Source: Flectonema sp. DT1601
Lineage: Eukaryota
DNA length: 64,000 nt
Reading direction: 5' to 3'
Assembly: GCA_964019425.1 (NCBI GenBank)
Contig: OZ025782.1
Location: forward strand, 744,001-808,000
Positions within the stretch are counted from its first letter, which is position 1, and the number at the start of each line of letters is the position of its first letter. Under the pieces are notes generated by a model, which ran no database searches, was not told where the DNA came from, and worked only from the letters and a program-made list of their open reading frames with translations. Of the stretch, positions 33,801 to 43,900 are shown one piece after another. A program made the translations under genes and the position numbers.

Positions 33801-36455
33801 CAAAACAGCAGACGTGACAAAGTAGATGAAGAGCTACGCACACGTTTTGAAGAAGTTCAAAAAGAGTCAGACAAGAACATTCAATCTCTGCAGTACCGCA
33901 TCAAAGCAATTAAATCAGACTTTGAAGGAGTTCTCTCTCGTGAAGAAACTCTTCTGAAGGAAGTTGAAAATGAGAAAAAGCGAACTGCAGCCTTAGAGTC
34001 CTCCCTCTCAGTTGCTGAAAAACTAAACGAATCGACGCAAAAACAATCAAAAGAAGCATGGGTTGGTGCCAACAGTAGTTTTGAAGCAAAGGGTTTTGAG
34101 CAACAAGCATCTATTCCTACTTTGAATGAGGAGTTATTAAAGAGAGAGAATGATAAATTGAATAGGACAGTCGATGAGCTTGAAATACAAAACCGAGTTC
34201 ACCGACTGAAAGAGAAGAGCAACCTGTCAAGACCACAACAACAACAAACTTCACCTTTAAGAACTTCTTTAGATAATAAATCTGAATTATATGAACTTAG
34301 ACAAGAACGAGCTGAGTGGACAGCAATCAAATCAGCTCTTATCCACAAACTACGAGAAGCACAGGAAGACACGGAAAAAAGAGAGCGTTCAATCAAACGA
34401 CAGCTCGACAACTGCCGCTTTGCAACTGAAAGAAGGATTTCTGATATTAAAAAGGAAGCAGAAATAGCAATGGCAGACACGGAAACATCAAATGGAAGAG
34501 TCGAATCACTCAAAAGAGAATTAGAAAATGTGAGATCAGAACTACTGCAGTCGACGAATGCTGTTGGGAATTTGCAAACTGATTTGACGAAGGCTGAAAG
34601 TTTGTTGCAGTCTCTCAGACAAAAACAGTCTGCGACTTCGTCTGAAGCTCCACAGCGACGAGTAGTTCAGAGGACTAAGAAACCTCCAAGAGAAGCACTT
34701 TGTCATATCGGAGTGAATACGATGCCTGTGCCATTAACTTCATCATCACCACAAGATGATGCACCAGACAAGGAACTAATGTCTTACAGAGGAATCTCAC
34801 CCAAGAAAAGAACTACCGCAACCATACCAAAACCAGGTTCTAGCAACGAGGTAATGAAGTATTGGGAAGAGAATAAAAAGTTGAAAAGGATTATAAATAA
34901 CCTGAAGCAAACCCAGAGACAAAAAAGTACCATGATCCCCTTAGCAGAACACGACAAGGTTAAAGGTGAACTTATAAAGGTTCAAGAGGAACTTCGCTTT
35001 ACAAGAGAAAAACTTGCTGTGAAACAAGAAGAACTCCACCAGAGAGCTGTAGACATGCATACTTTTGAGAAAGTAAATTCATTTAAGAATGAAATAATGA
35101 GACTTGAAGATGAAAACATGCGTCTAAAGAGAAGCATCGAAATTGAAAGTGAAATTGAGATAAGAAACCTGCAGCATGCGTTGCGAAGAAAAGATGAGCA
35201 AATCCAACAAATGGAAGCCTTGTACACAAAGAATGATGAAATAAGGATAGATGTCCAATTAACAGAACACGTACCATCAGTACCTCACTCAGTTATAAAT
35301 CAATTGATAATTGATAACCCAACCATCACTGACAGATTAGAATCATTAAGACAGATGTTCAAATCAACAGAAGACCGACTGTTGGAATCAACAAATGAAA
35401 TCCTTCAACTTCGATTCGCAAAAGAAGCCGCTATCGCACAGCAACAACGAGCAGAACGTCATCTCAAAGACTTACAGTCTATAGTCCCAACTAACATGGA
35501 GAGTACTGGTGCTGCAATTATGGGAAATTTAAAGCTCAGTAAAGACAGGCAGATTCATGACTTTCAGCAAGTCATCGCTGGAATGAAGACTGTTATTGAA
35601 CGATTAAAAACTGACAAAGAAACCCTCGAGAGAAACGGAATCAGCAACATGAAATATGTTGAGATCATGAAGGAAAATAAAAATCTAAAAGCAAAGTTGT
35701 CGGCGACTAAAACAGCTGAAAAGGAAGTAAAACAACAACAAGAAACACATCAACCTCAGAGTACGACGGAATCAACTTTACTAAAGAAGAAGTTAAAAAG
35801 AGAACAAGAGATCTCATCAAAACTACGAGATGATCTTTCTTTATTAACAGCTGCATTTCAAGAAGAACAAACTAAAAGATTACAACCGTCAGAGTCAACT
35901 CAAGCAATGCAACGTCTCGAAGAAGCAAACAATCAAATGGCTGAAGATGCTCTCCTCGGTGAGAAACTACGAAGTGAAGTTACAATTCTAAGAAATGACA
36001 TCGAAGGGTGGCGTCAAAGATGTGAATCTGCTCAGCTTGAGAATCAAATTCTAACAAAACGGAACACAAAATTAGAAGCTGACCTCTCACTGTTTGATGT
36101 TGAGTTCCTTGAGGAAGTTGCGAATCTTCAAAAACAAAATGCGGATCTTCAAAAAGTAAATAAACAACTCGAAGAGAAACTTGTCGTTCAATCTGTTTTT
36201 GATCCTCTTTCTGAAGAACCATCTCGAGGACTTGCTGGTATTAGAAAACGACAATCAACACTTCGAGACAGCATCGATTCAACTTCCAGTTCGATAAACG
36301 ACAGTAGGATAGCTGCAGCAATACGAAGCTTACAACAGCCAGTATCGACGTCATTAGACACTGATGGTGTTCCTGCAACTTCTTCTGCTTCAACTTCACT
36401 CGACTTGTCTAACTACACCAGATCTAGATTAACAGGTGGTAGGTACTCAAGTTGA
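27849..36455 (+). CDS. CEP290: CEP290-like ciliary transition-zone coiled-coil protein (2868 aa, no intron needed)
   Basis: Giant coiled coil with motifs I recognise from CEP290, in the expected order: IEILERERLHWKKQVR, RKVTALRVNEIRLIKRY, YWEENKKL, FDVEFLEEVANL. Orthology is from recalled motifs only. Confidence 0.72.
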   Translation: MAEPPIPVLTAHKTTAPPFDIASRINIEDIYDNPELIGDVIDEDFVSNLKLAKFTPEIVTKTDPDKVCRMLQVFQLMFECVESDQNWYMDTLKNEASGHRRVTEDTQVLQALNDDLQVRLQERSDRIAELQRELDKKKDLQKNFEVCSQRVFQLQADLERHKSQNEEYRKSVEQKLKRAAEVEARTRKDTREGERDVRALQQMIQQTEDELRKSDRLLRSSKASEQTLLFRLEEMENKERALRVMLDDLNDSNENLRFRLEEKEDQCLSLEKHAVEDLQAIRDKTSKSAVDNERVTHKHKQELQQITASLALQKEENFNLQKKVSETHQIMDDMAEKAASKDTECKHLRHQLDKLEKVRVSQQSFPLPLTTPDLSGIKGSSEEFYQLAELLKQRTRDLALEQARRQDDERERNRLDRDVVELRKQLDIYERSGVEGAVAEKRARIAEMQQCLDERDNALIEMRDKLNQADEDLDNLLEFTEALKQLALECGLTREQIMSLSTMKVPHTERKSTEVEELREKLYVRDREIEILERERLHWKKQVRLQALPRFEQAQKMGITPEQLSMLADIRDRMRESDSTDIQALVGEGEDYNLIVGTSRAALERQNKSLSDKVTSLRAELAKFEGKYEVLKEHYHRLHLNQDKFQQQINISKDPAGSIWHTSGMLTDKKSSSASGNTSESGDENSKEKKKKTSIAPDSSPMFPPLPQNLMQQLANAQLNDGRVQQMLGDYNKTNTVLGELRKELQRTNDSLENAERRAKGYLEERDAFRRTLAYRDGFKQKTPTESDQMLPATSEPEKSEPQAEGHNELWDTDPEQAAALSPKAAATEIEAALHQEIANKENALRTLMVAYDKKESDIVEGEKIKNEAIDRMADMKDKFENEQFEGVRLKADLEYLRECLSDTESLLQEERTKLEEHQEYIAGLQGKSDDPTLREAGTEVMRKVTALRVNEIRLIKRYKMSMAESDTSRERLRESEKSLIALQKETGEQIASLLGQLKESEGVQKVLHDRLEFTEKTRNFESLRIQLGTAKQELQTYLSIERDDNNAKHQYAELKKEAEALKRDIGEITIERTSVKEELQRTKRLLEQGATDGNSLREREKIVELDMEVKTANQKVDLNRNRAQAAVREAGVLESEKLEMSGEIVSLRQKQAKLLSELREAQESLQDSVALSEMQQLQSKINDLETVKNKAEARSIRAIETSQATVEYSLTIEQVHNQYKEELETLRRVIAGLEPANDEGYVLGEMQYRTFQQQIQNIALKKEKEQAELSLVSKKARTQAIHVQNTQLLNELAKVYDEYIQKSHELHQSNVTLKGELDGRLSPEDSSKLNKQLETERRNVEDSNKSLRDAKKKISELEFREDESQKIQDAIRLLDTRDMSKIEIEYKKTVQDLSATKLQSLKTEWQGRELSEEVVMLRKLKTASQEQMEFLQKETVELQQQRDASNNEFTRKVEELYQKLKESKVREAATMKQSIRDRESNNSSIMAPQVKDNEEHISILNNKIKEMRSSETAQNNNNSELRNKVGKLTADIHNLKSDLEKRNVINAALQKEVMDERLKSRQTVDRIREVETSRGEALQEVARRNTATLQELLRKKDDALKRVTDQLNNDRQVYAAEKQISNIKISDLHKQLHKENSDTIRKFSDRLNSISSAPPMRAEDNEPVPGSLIDIKMAQMTAELSRQQGKLDLAEAEIRKLTRELSERDLADKTKEQVVITSPEKQIGAQWSVDEVQKLQQQIQTLTEQLQKERDMHREKELEQSAIDEAEKYQKVNQSDQIQQTELFQATIVKAKKKGVRVLCTREITFRSGKKLQVGDAGVISREVSDEDSSKMEIIWDNGIVFDATDADIEVAPQPAFTVHSETPIDTINLIILERETLIRQQALQIDDFERQLLKCSRDRSEAVDSERLAHKKRREAEEINERLQLELGDKASAALQSQITKLEGHVRNLEADKKSLEGEVRTTHEALKSTKSELAIRYKIESQNSRRDKVDEELRTRFEEVQKESDKNIQSLQYRIKAIKSDFEGVLSREETLLKEVENEKKRTAALESSLSVAEKLNESTQKQSKEAWVGANSSFEAKGFEQQASIPTLNEELLKRENDKLNRTVDELEIQNRVHRLKEKSNLSRPQQQQTSPLRTSLDNKSELYELRQERAEWTAIKSALIHKLREAQEDTEKRERSIKRQLDNCRFATERRISDIKKEAEIAMADTETSNGRVESLKRELENVRSELLQSTNAVGNLQTDLTKAESLLQSLRQKQSATSSEAPQRRVVQRTKKPPREALCHIGVNTMPVPLTSSSPQDDAPDKELMSYRGISPKKRTTATIPKPGSSNEVMKYWEENKKLKRIINNLKQTQRQKSTMIPLAEHDKVKGELIKVQEELRFTREKLAVKQEELHQRAVDMHTFEKVNSFKNEIMRLEDENMRLKRSIEIESEIEIRNLQHALRRKDEQIQQMEALYTKNDEIRIDVQLTEHVPSVPHSVINQLIIDNPTITDRLESLRQMFKSTEDRLLESTNEILQLRFAKEAAIAQQQRAERHLKDLQSIVPTNMESTGAAIMGNLKLSKDRQIHDFQQVIAGMKTVIERLKTDKETLERNGISNMKYVEIMKENKNLKAKLSATKTAEKEVKQQQETHQPQSTTESTLLKKKLKREQEISSKLRDDLSLLTAAFQEEQTKRLQPSESTQAMQRLEEANNQMAEDALLGEKLRSEVTILRNDIEGWRQRCESAQLENQILTKRNTKLEADLSLFDVEFLEEVANLQKQNADLQKVNKQLEEKLVVQSVFDPLSEEPSRGLAGIRKRQSTLRDSIDSTSSSINDSRIAAAIRSLQQPVSTSLDTDGVPATSSASTSLDLSNYTRSRLTGGRYSS

Positions 36456-37038
36456 AAACATAGTTACCTTTTTTTGACCATCTTTTTAAGAATATAGTAA
36501 TCTATTACGGCTTGCCCTCAATTTTTTTTTTCTTTTTTTCTCGGCGCCCTTTGGTGCCTTTTTTGTTAAAAAAAACAACAAGTCCAATAGATATGGGTAT
36601 TTTTTTTTTTCATTCACCAACCATTCCTCACTCTCACCCTCTGATAGATAGTGTGTAGAGATTATTGCCTTCACCAATGTGGTGGAGGTCAATAGCAGTT
36701 TCAGGGAGTAGACTTTTTTATCTCACATCAAACAAATTGGTTTTAGTTTGTGACTGACGGGAAGAGGTCTTTTATATTTATAAAAAAAAAAAAAAAAAAA
36801 GAAAAATAGTTCTGAAATAGAGTTGAGTATATCCTTTAGATTTTCTGTTAGTTATGTGCCTCGTTGGTTGAATTTAGAGGGTTGTGAACAACTAACGTCA
36901 TCATTTTTATGTATTTCTTATCAGTAATCAGCAACCCAAAGAAATGTTAGTTATAAATAAAAGTTGACCCTCCGTTGTTAATCATTTTTTTTTCATTTCA
37001 CCTTCAGGTAACTTTGACACCGCTAACCACACAAAAAG

Positions 37039-38589
37039 ATGTTCAGCCGAACTGCTTTTCGCTTCTGCGCTGCAGCAAAAGAAAATGTTTTGATTCTGTG
37101 CACTGGAAACAGCTGCAGAAGTCACATGGCTGAAGGAATAATTAATAAGTTCGCAGGAGAGAAGTATCAAGCAGTATCAGCAGGAACAAAGCCAACAGGA
37201 TACGTTCATCCTTTAGCAATTAAGGCTTTGAATGAGATTGGTGCGGATATTTCACACAACACATCAAAGCACACAGATGATGTAAAGTTAGAAGACGGAT
37301 ATGATATTGCTATTACTGTTTGTGACAATGCTTTAAGAGATAAACCAGAATGGTTGAAAGACTCTATTCACATCGGTTTTGAAGATCCAGCTGATGCCAA
37401 AGGAAGTGAAGAAGAACAACTCGAAGTCTTTCGTAACATCAGAGATGAGATTCAACAAAAGATCGTCAGCTATCTAACTCTCAGACAACAGCGTAGATCA
37501 GCTCACACGTCAGCAGATGCGGATTACGATCCAACATTCGATTCTGTGAAGGATTATTACGGAAAGGTATTGTCCACTAACAAGGACTTAAAAACAACTG
37601 CGTGCACAGCATTTGACAGACCTCACCCGATTATTATCGATGCTATTAAAAAGATTCCTGATGCCGTCACAGAGAAGTTTTACGGATGTGGAACACCTCT
37701 ACCTCTTGGTATTAAAGACCTTACTATCTTAGACCTTGGATCTGGTAGTGGAAGAGATGCGTACGTTGCATCTCAACTTGTTGGTGAGAACGGAAAGGTA
37801 ATTGGAATTGATATGACTGACGAACAATTAGAAGTAGCTCGTGCTTCAGCTGAACCATTCACCAAGTCATTAGGATACAAGTCTTGTAACATGGAATTCC
37901 GTAGTGGGTACATTGAATACCTTGACAGAGCTGGTATCGAATCAGAGACTGTTGACTTAGTTATTAGTAACTGCGTTCAGAACCTTTCACCTGACAAACC
38001 AAGAGTAATCAGTGAAGCATTTAGAGTACTAAAACAAGGAGGAGAGTTTCACTTCTCTGATGTCTACAGTGACAGACGTCTACCTGAGAAGGTAACTTCT
38101 AATGAAGTTCTTTGGGGTGAATGTATTGCTGGAGCTATGTACACTGAGGACTTCATTCGTGAGGCTCAGAAGGCAGGTTTTGATGATCCTCGTGTGTTAG
38201 CTGCTACAGAGATAATAGTTCAAGACCCAGAGCTTAAGGAGATCTGTGGAGAAGCCAAGTTCTACTCGATTACCTACAGATTGTTTAAGCTCCCAGAGAT
38301 GCTTGAAACCAAGTGTGAAGACTACGGTCAGTTCGCAACTTACAAGGGAACTATTCCTGGGCATCCAAACAGTTTTACTCTTGATGACCATCACAAGTTA
38401 GAAACTAACAAACCATTTCTAGTCTGCGGTAACACCGCTGCAATGTTAGGTGAGAATGGCGTCAGTTGGTTGTCACCACATTTTGACATCCACGGTGACC
38501 GTAGTGCTCACTTTGGTTTGTTTGATTGTGGACCATCACCAGTCACGACACCAGCTGCATCCGCCCCTGCGGGAGGTGCCTGCTGCTAA
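37039..38589 (+). CDS. Fusion of LMW-PTP-fold arsenate reductase (ArsC-like) and arsenite S-adenosylmethionine methyltransferase (ArsM/AS3MT), with mitochondrial-type presequence
   Basis: ArsC part: VLILCTGNSCRSHMAEG, SAGT, HPLAIKALNEIGADIS, ITVCDNA, GFEDPA. ArsM part: VKDYYGKVL, KTTAC, FYGCG, LDLGSGSGRD, GIDMT, ISNCV, LWGECIAGA, CEDYGQ, VCGNTA, C-terminal GGACC. One uninterrupted ORF. Confidence 0.93.
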   Translation: MFSRTAFRFCAAAKENVLILCTGNSCRSHMAEGIINKFAGEKYQAVSAGTKPTGYVHPLAIKALNEIGADISHNTSKHTDDVKLEDGYDIAITVCDNALRDKPEWLKDSIHIGFEDPADAKGSEEEQLEVFRNIRDEIQQKIVSYLTLRQQRRSAHTSADADYDPTFDSVKDYYGKVLSTNKDLKTTACTAFDRPHPIIIDAIKKIPDAVTEKFYGCGTPLPLGIKDLTILDLGSGSGRDAYVASQLVGENGKVIGIDMTDEQLEVARASAEPFTKSLGYKSCNMEFRSGYIEYLDRAGIESETVDLVISNCVQNLSPDKPRVISEAFRVLKQGGEFHFSDVYSDRRLPEKVTSNEVLWGECIAGAMYTEDFIREAQKAGFDDPRVLAATEIIVQDPELKEICGEAKFYSITYRLFKLPEMLETKCEDYGQFATYKGTIPGHPNSFTLDDHHKLETNKPFLVCGNTAAMLGENGVSWLSPHFDIHGDRSAHFGLFDCGPSPVTTPAASAPAGGACC

Positions 38590-40906
38590 GTTGGTATTCC
38601 TTTCGTGACGTTTATCTGCATCACATGTATGACTAGTAGTCTGCTGTTGCAATTCGGGGGTACTGCTGGAATGTATCTGTGTCTTTTTTTATTCTTTCAA
38701 GAAAAAATCCCTCAACACAACCTGTTTGTTATCTACTTTCAGAACACACAGCTGCTGTGAATCGTTAAGATTTACGAGTTTTGTTTGTATTTGATAATAG
38801 TTTCATTATGGGCACTTGGAGGCAGAAAATGTACCGCAAGACTGTGCTGGTTTAGATTTCCCCCGAAATTACTCAAGTGAAAGGTGCTCGTCGTCCTAGT
38901 TCTTGGTCGAATTTTGTATCGATGAAATTCAGCTATGAACTAATGTTGACAAAAAAAATAAATATTCTCTCTAAATGAAAACCCACCCAGAGGAAGTCAC
39001 AAGTGTTTCAGTGTGTTTCATGGTACAAAAAAAGGAATGAAAAAAAAAAAAAAAAAAAAAAAAGTGTCACGTGTAAACCTTGTAAACTTCCTCTGGGGCT
39101 ATATAGGTCTGGTGGTTGGGAGGAAGCCAGATCCGTCTTTCTTGTTTTTTTTCTTTTTTTCTTCCAACTAATTTTGTCATTGATGGTCCCCATTTTATTA
39201 GGGGATTTCTTCTGTGTGGATCAGCACTGCCTGCCTGCTCCGAGTAACGAGAAAAGTAATTCAAAAAGTAGGTATTCTGAATCCGGCAAAATCACTACGT
39301 CGCTTTATGTGTTTTTAGCGAGAAACAAGAAATATACGTATTCCGTGTGTAGTGTTGCTTACTTTATTGCTGAAATAATTTAAAAAAAAAAAAAATATTA
39401 ACATAAAAAAAAATGCTGTTTCTGAATGGCATTTTGCACGACGCTTTTAAAAATAAGCGTTGGAGAACTCAATTGTTTGTTTCTTTTTTTGTCCCCTTCC
39501 TTTGAGCTTGATAACGGTATCAATTTCCCCTCTCGTTTTCCTAGTTCTGATTGCCAGCAACTTGCGTTCTGGCATTTCATTAAGGGAATTTGCAATACAG
39601 TTTTATTTTTATTTTTATTTTTTTCAACAAAAAAAAAAAAAAAAAAGAAAAGGGAAGGCACCCTCCTTAAAGTAAAAGCATTTAAATGGTTGTTATGTTT
39701 CTTTTTGGTTTATATTTTGTGCTCCGATCCAACAAAGCTCTACCAATACAACTGGTAAAGCAGTACTTCTTAATACTGTTAGCATTTTGAATCCCCCGTG
39801 TGCAACTACTGACTACTTATTTAGTGTTAGGGAATCAGTTCTATTGGCTTCCTGCAGAAAGCAGAGTTATTTCTCTTTAGTAGTTTTTGTGGGGATAGAT
39901 CAGTGCTTGTCCTGATTTTGTGTTGAAAAAAAGAGATTTATCTTTCACCGTGTGACTACCCGTGTATGACTACAGTTTAGTATTTATTCGTTTCTGGTGG
40001 TTAGACTGCATATGGGAAGATGTCTCCCCGTCATAGTCAGGCCTTAGGAAGGAGATATTACAGTTTTTTTTTTTTTTTTTTTAAAGCTTTTGTGTTTTTG
40101 TGTTGTTGTTTTTTTTTTATTTATTTTTATTATTTGTTTTTTTGTCATGCTGCCTCATACTACTACTTGAGGTGGGACACTACGGAGAGTGATGGTGCCT
40201 TCTTCTTTGCTCCCCCCTCTTCTCCCTATCGTCGCCCTTCACAAGAAAGACCTTTTTTAGGACGATACGTTCCTTCCTTCCCCGGCATCCCTCAGACTTT
40301 AAAGCTGAAACTTATAAGGGGAATAACGAATATCAAAAAGCTACAGCGTTAGTTCCCACTTTTTTTTTTTCCCCCTCATTTCTCAGGTGATACCTTCGGA
40401 GGGGAATATTTTCTTATAAAAGTTTTTCCAGATCGTTTCTCCTCTCCCAACCACTTTGAAAAAGAAGAACTTTTATCCACGCAAATGCACAGCAAAAAAA
40501 AAAAAAAAAAAAAAACTAGTTGAAACATTTCTTATTACTTTAAGTATTCTGTAATCGGTAATGATGCAGTAAGAGATGCGAACCCGTGTCGGTATTATTA
40601 TTTACAATATTATTATTTACAGTACTCTACAAAATGTTTAAACTTCTTCGTTGAGGACCACCTCATTAGTTGGTTTGTTCAGTCAGACTTGATGTCCTAC
40701 GATTTGTTTATTTATTTAATTAACTTAGTTTCCCTCTTTTTTTCTTCTTTCCCCTGTTTGTTTTTTCTTCTTCCTTTACTCTGCTTATAATAATGATTGA
40801 GCTGAATTTGATAGGAGCCGATAGTAGTTGAAATTCCTGTCACTATTGTCGTCTCACCGTCACTGATACTTTTTCACAGGCCTTGCGGCCAAGCTGCCAC
40901 CACAAC

Positions 40907-43900
40907 ATGAATCAGTCTTCCGGGTGGTTCGCCGGTGTGGAGGCTCGGAATTATTTGGTAGAGAAGAATGTGATGGGCGTTATTGAAGAAGGATTAGCTG
41001 TATTGTTGCAAGAAAGACCAAAGGATCCAGTTGCGAAGTTAGCAGAAGTCCTACGGGATAGAAATCCCACAAGAAAGACTACTGACATCATTGTTGATGG
41101 TGTTCCCCTTCGAAGTATCTGTCCTTCGATTGTTCTTCGAAATACACCTCTTCAAACTGTTCCGAATTGGAGGAGGAGTGGTCAGATGAATATCTGGGCA
41201 ATGTCAAGTGTTGGATTTGATGGTTGGAAGCGAGTCATTGATTACATTAAAACAACTCAAAAGGGAATAACAAAAATTATAACTATTGAAACAAACTCTG
41301 AACAAGTTACTTACATTCGAGGTACTCCTCACATAGTAACCAATCCTGAGGATATTTCGAAGCTATCATCACCCAACGTATCAACATTACAGCATGTCGT
41401 TAGAGAAGCAGCACGTAGTCGAGATAGCCGTAAAATAGATTTTGACGTATTGAAAATCGGAATGCCGCAGACATTTATGTCACCAGACACTTCGAAGTAC
41501 ACTCAAATACAAGACATGATATTCAAATATAGAAAAGGAATTATTGAAGAAGAGAACACAGCTATTATTATTCATTCAATTACTGGTAAAGATGACGCCT
41601 CTATTGGTTTGATGATCGTCTCGTCAGTTGTGCATGCGATTCAAAAAGTTCGAACCCAAAGTAGAAAGAAGGCTGAGTGGAAGGAAAAGCTTCGGGACAG
41701 AGTTGTGAAAAAACGCGAAGCCGCGGCCCTCGTCGCAATGAAGTATCAATTACTTATCACAAAGGACAAGGAACAAGTTGAATTAGCTGAAAAGGAAGCG
41801 AAGTCAAAAGTAATCGAAGAAACACAATCAGAATATGAAGAAAGATTACAAAGCGCTCAAACAATTTCCGACCACCGAACTGCTCAGTGGCTTCGATACA
41901 ATGAGTTGATTCGCAGCACAGCCTCCACCAAAATATCTTCTGCTTTTAGAGGTTACTCTGGTCGAAAGTTAGCAGCAACTAAAAAGAAAAATCCACAACT
42001 TCTTGATGCTCCACGAAGGGTAGACAGTGGTCTGTACGCTACTGTTAGGGGTGTTCAAAGTAAAGATCAACAAACAACTAATTATTCGATTATAAAACAC
42101 ACAATCGAATCACTATTATCAATATACGGGAGTTGGGAATTATTAACAAGCAGACAACAACCTCGCAACAGGTTAGTAGTTGAACGTGAGATGATTGTAG
42201 TAAATGATGGAGAGATTGAAAATCCTGAATGTGATATTTTTAAAGTAACAACATACCATGATACTGATGATGAACGAAATGATGATTTTGCTATTCCAAT
42301 GTCTTCATTCATAAACGTTGTGAGAAGTTGTTCTCATCTTCGTTCATACATATCTGACTCACAATCAATGTCTATGCGATTTGGTACTGTGGGCGCTGTT
42401 CAAGCTCGGATACTCAAGGCATTCGATTTTATGTCAGTCGGAATTGCCTTCTACACTCACACTGTTCTGAGAACAGTTAGTGATTCTCGTGACCTTATTA
42501 AACTATTCGGGTGTCCCGATAAAATACCCTTAATGAATCAAAAGTTTACTTATTGGTTGTCTGATCAACCTAATATAACTGAGGCTTTACGAGAACAACA
42601 TTTGTTCTGTTTGTCTGAAGGTATAAAAAATAATAACCATGGTATAATGAAAGATAGAATCTTATTACACCATCCGAGTATTCGTCAGAAAAGATCATCT
42701 CCATCACAGAGAAGGAAGTCTCGTCTTTCTCTAGATAATAGTATTATGGGATTACCAGATAGGATGAGACGAAGTCAAGTTGGAATGTCTCAAACTTGGG
42801 GTGACTTTGATCATCATCGTGCTTTTAAAAGAGTTCATAAAAAATTAAATTTATTTTCAATAATTGATCCCGCAGCTGGAAATGATTTTATTGACGTAAT
42901 GAATCACTTGAGTGAGTCATCATCAAAAGTACTTTGGTTATCTCTGGGAATGTCACCTACTGTCGCTGTTGGTGAAGAAGTATACTCCGCAAGATTACGA
43001 GTTCCAACTTTGTGTCCTTCAAATGGAACAATGGAACCTGTTAAGGATTGCGTTACAAAAGATTCATTAACTCCTGAGATCAAACATCAAACACATAATG
43101 GGACATCATCAAAAATGAATAAACTATCTCACATCGATCCTGTTGATGCCAACGTCGATACCGACAGTGAAACTCCTTTCGAAGGTGATTTTGAGATACC
43201 TGTCTTCGGTCTTCTCTGGAGTGACTTAGAGTCTCGTCTCATAAAAGAAATATCAACACTCGCCTCACGAGATGGTACTGTTGGATATCTTGAATTTGAT
43301 AATAGTACTGAGAACAAGAGAACAGTTATTCAAAAGAGAGTTTCAGTATTTGGTCAACAACCAGCAGCTCCGGAAACAGCTCGCGCAAGTGAGGAAGTAG
43401 AAGCACAAATAACTAGACGATTATCACCAACACCATCTGTTACACGATACCCAAGTAGAAATACATCAACTAGGAATGATGGAATGCGTTTATTAAGTTC
43501 GGGAATTGGATTCAGTATGACACCAAGAAGAGAGAATAGTATGATGAATTCAATAATTGATCCTTCAAGTATTCCTCCATTAGCTGGTCAGGACTCACAA
43601 GAGATTGATGATAACCCAGCCACAGGTAGAAAGTCACACAACTCATCTGTTGCTCTTCCTGATCTTAATATTCAACAGCCTTGCAAATTATATCAAACAT
43701 TACTCGAGTCTTGGAACAAGTCTCGTATTACTGATGAGCAAACAACTGATAGAAGAGAAGTTCAACTACAGTTCATTAGGCAACCTGTCACACCAGGTGC
43801 TACTAGTTTAATGTTGAAAGCGATCAACAGATTGAGCTTTGCTGTCGATGAATTTATAAATCAAAATGGAAGTGAAGGATGTGTTGTAATTGCTCACACT

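Noticed and set aside
16512..38589. Atm1/ABCB7 and ArsC-ArsM as a metal(loid)-resistance cluster
   Set aside because: About 18 kb apart with unrelated genes between; Atm1 is a housekeeping Fe-S transporter and polycistronic neighbours are usually functionally unrelated.
39968..39992. ctacagtttagtatttattcg resembles the 3' part of euglenozoan spliced leaders
   Set aside because: Short gapped match in AT-rich DNA with no SL 5' half or convincing donor/Sm site.
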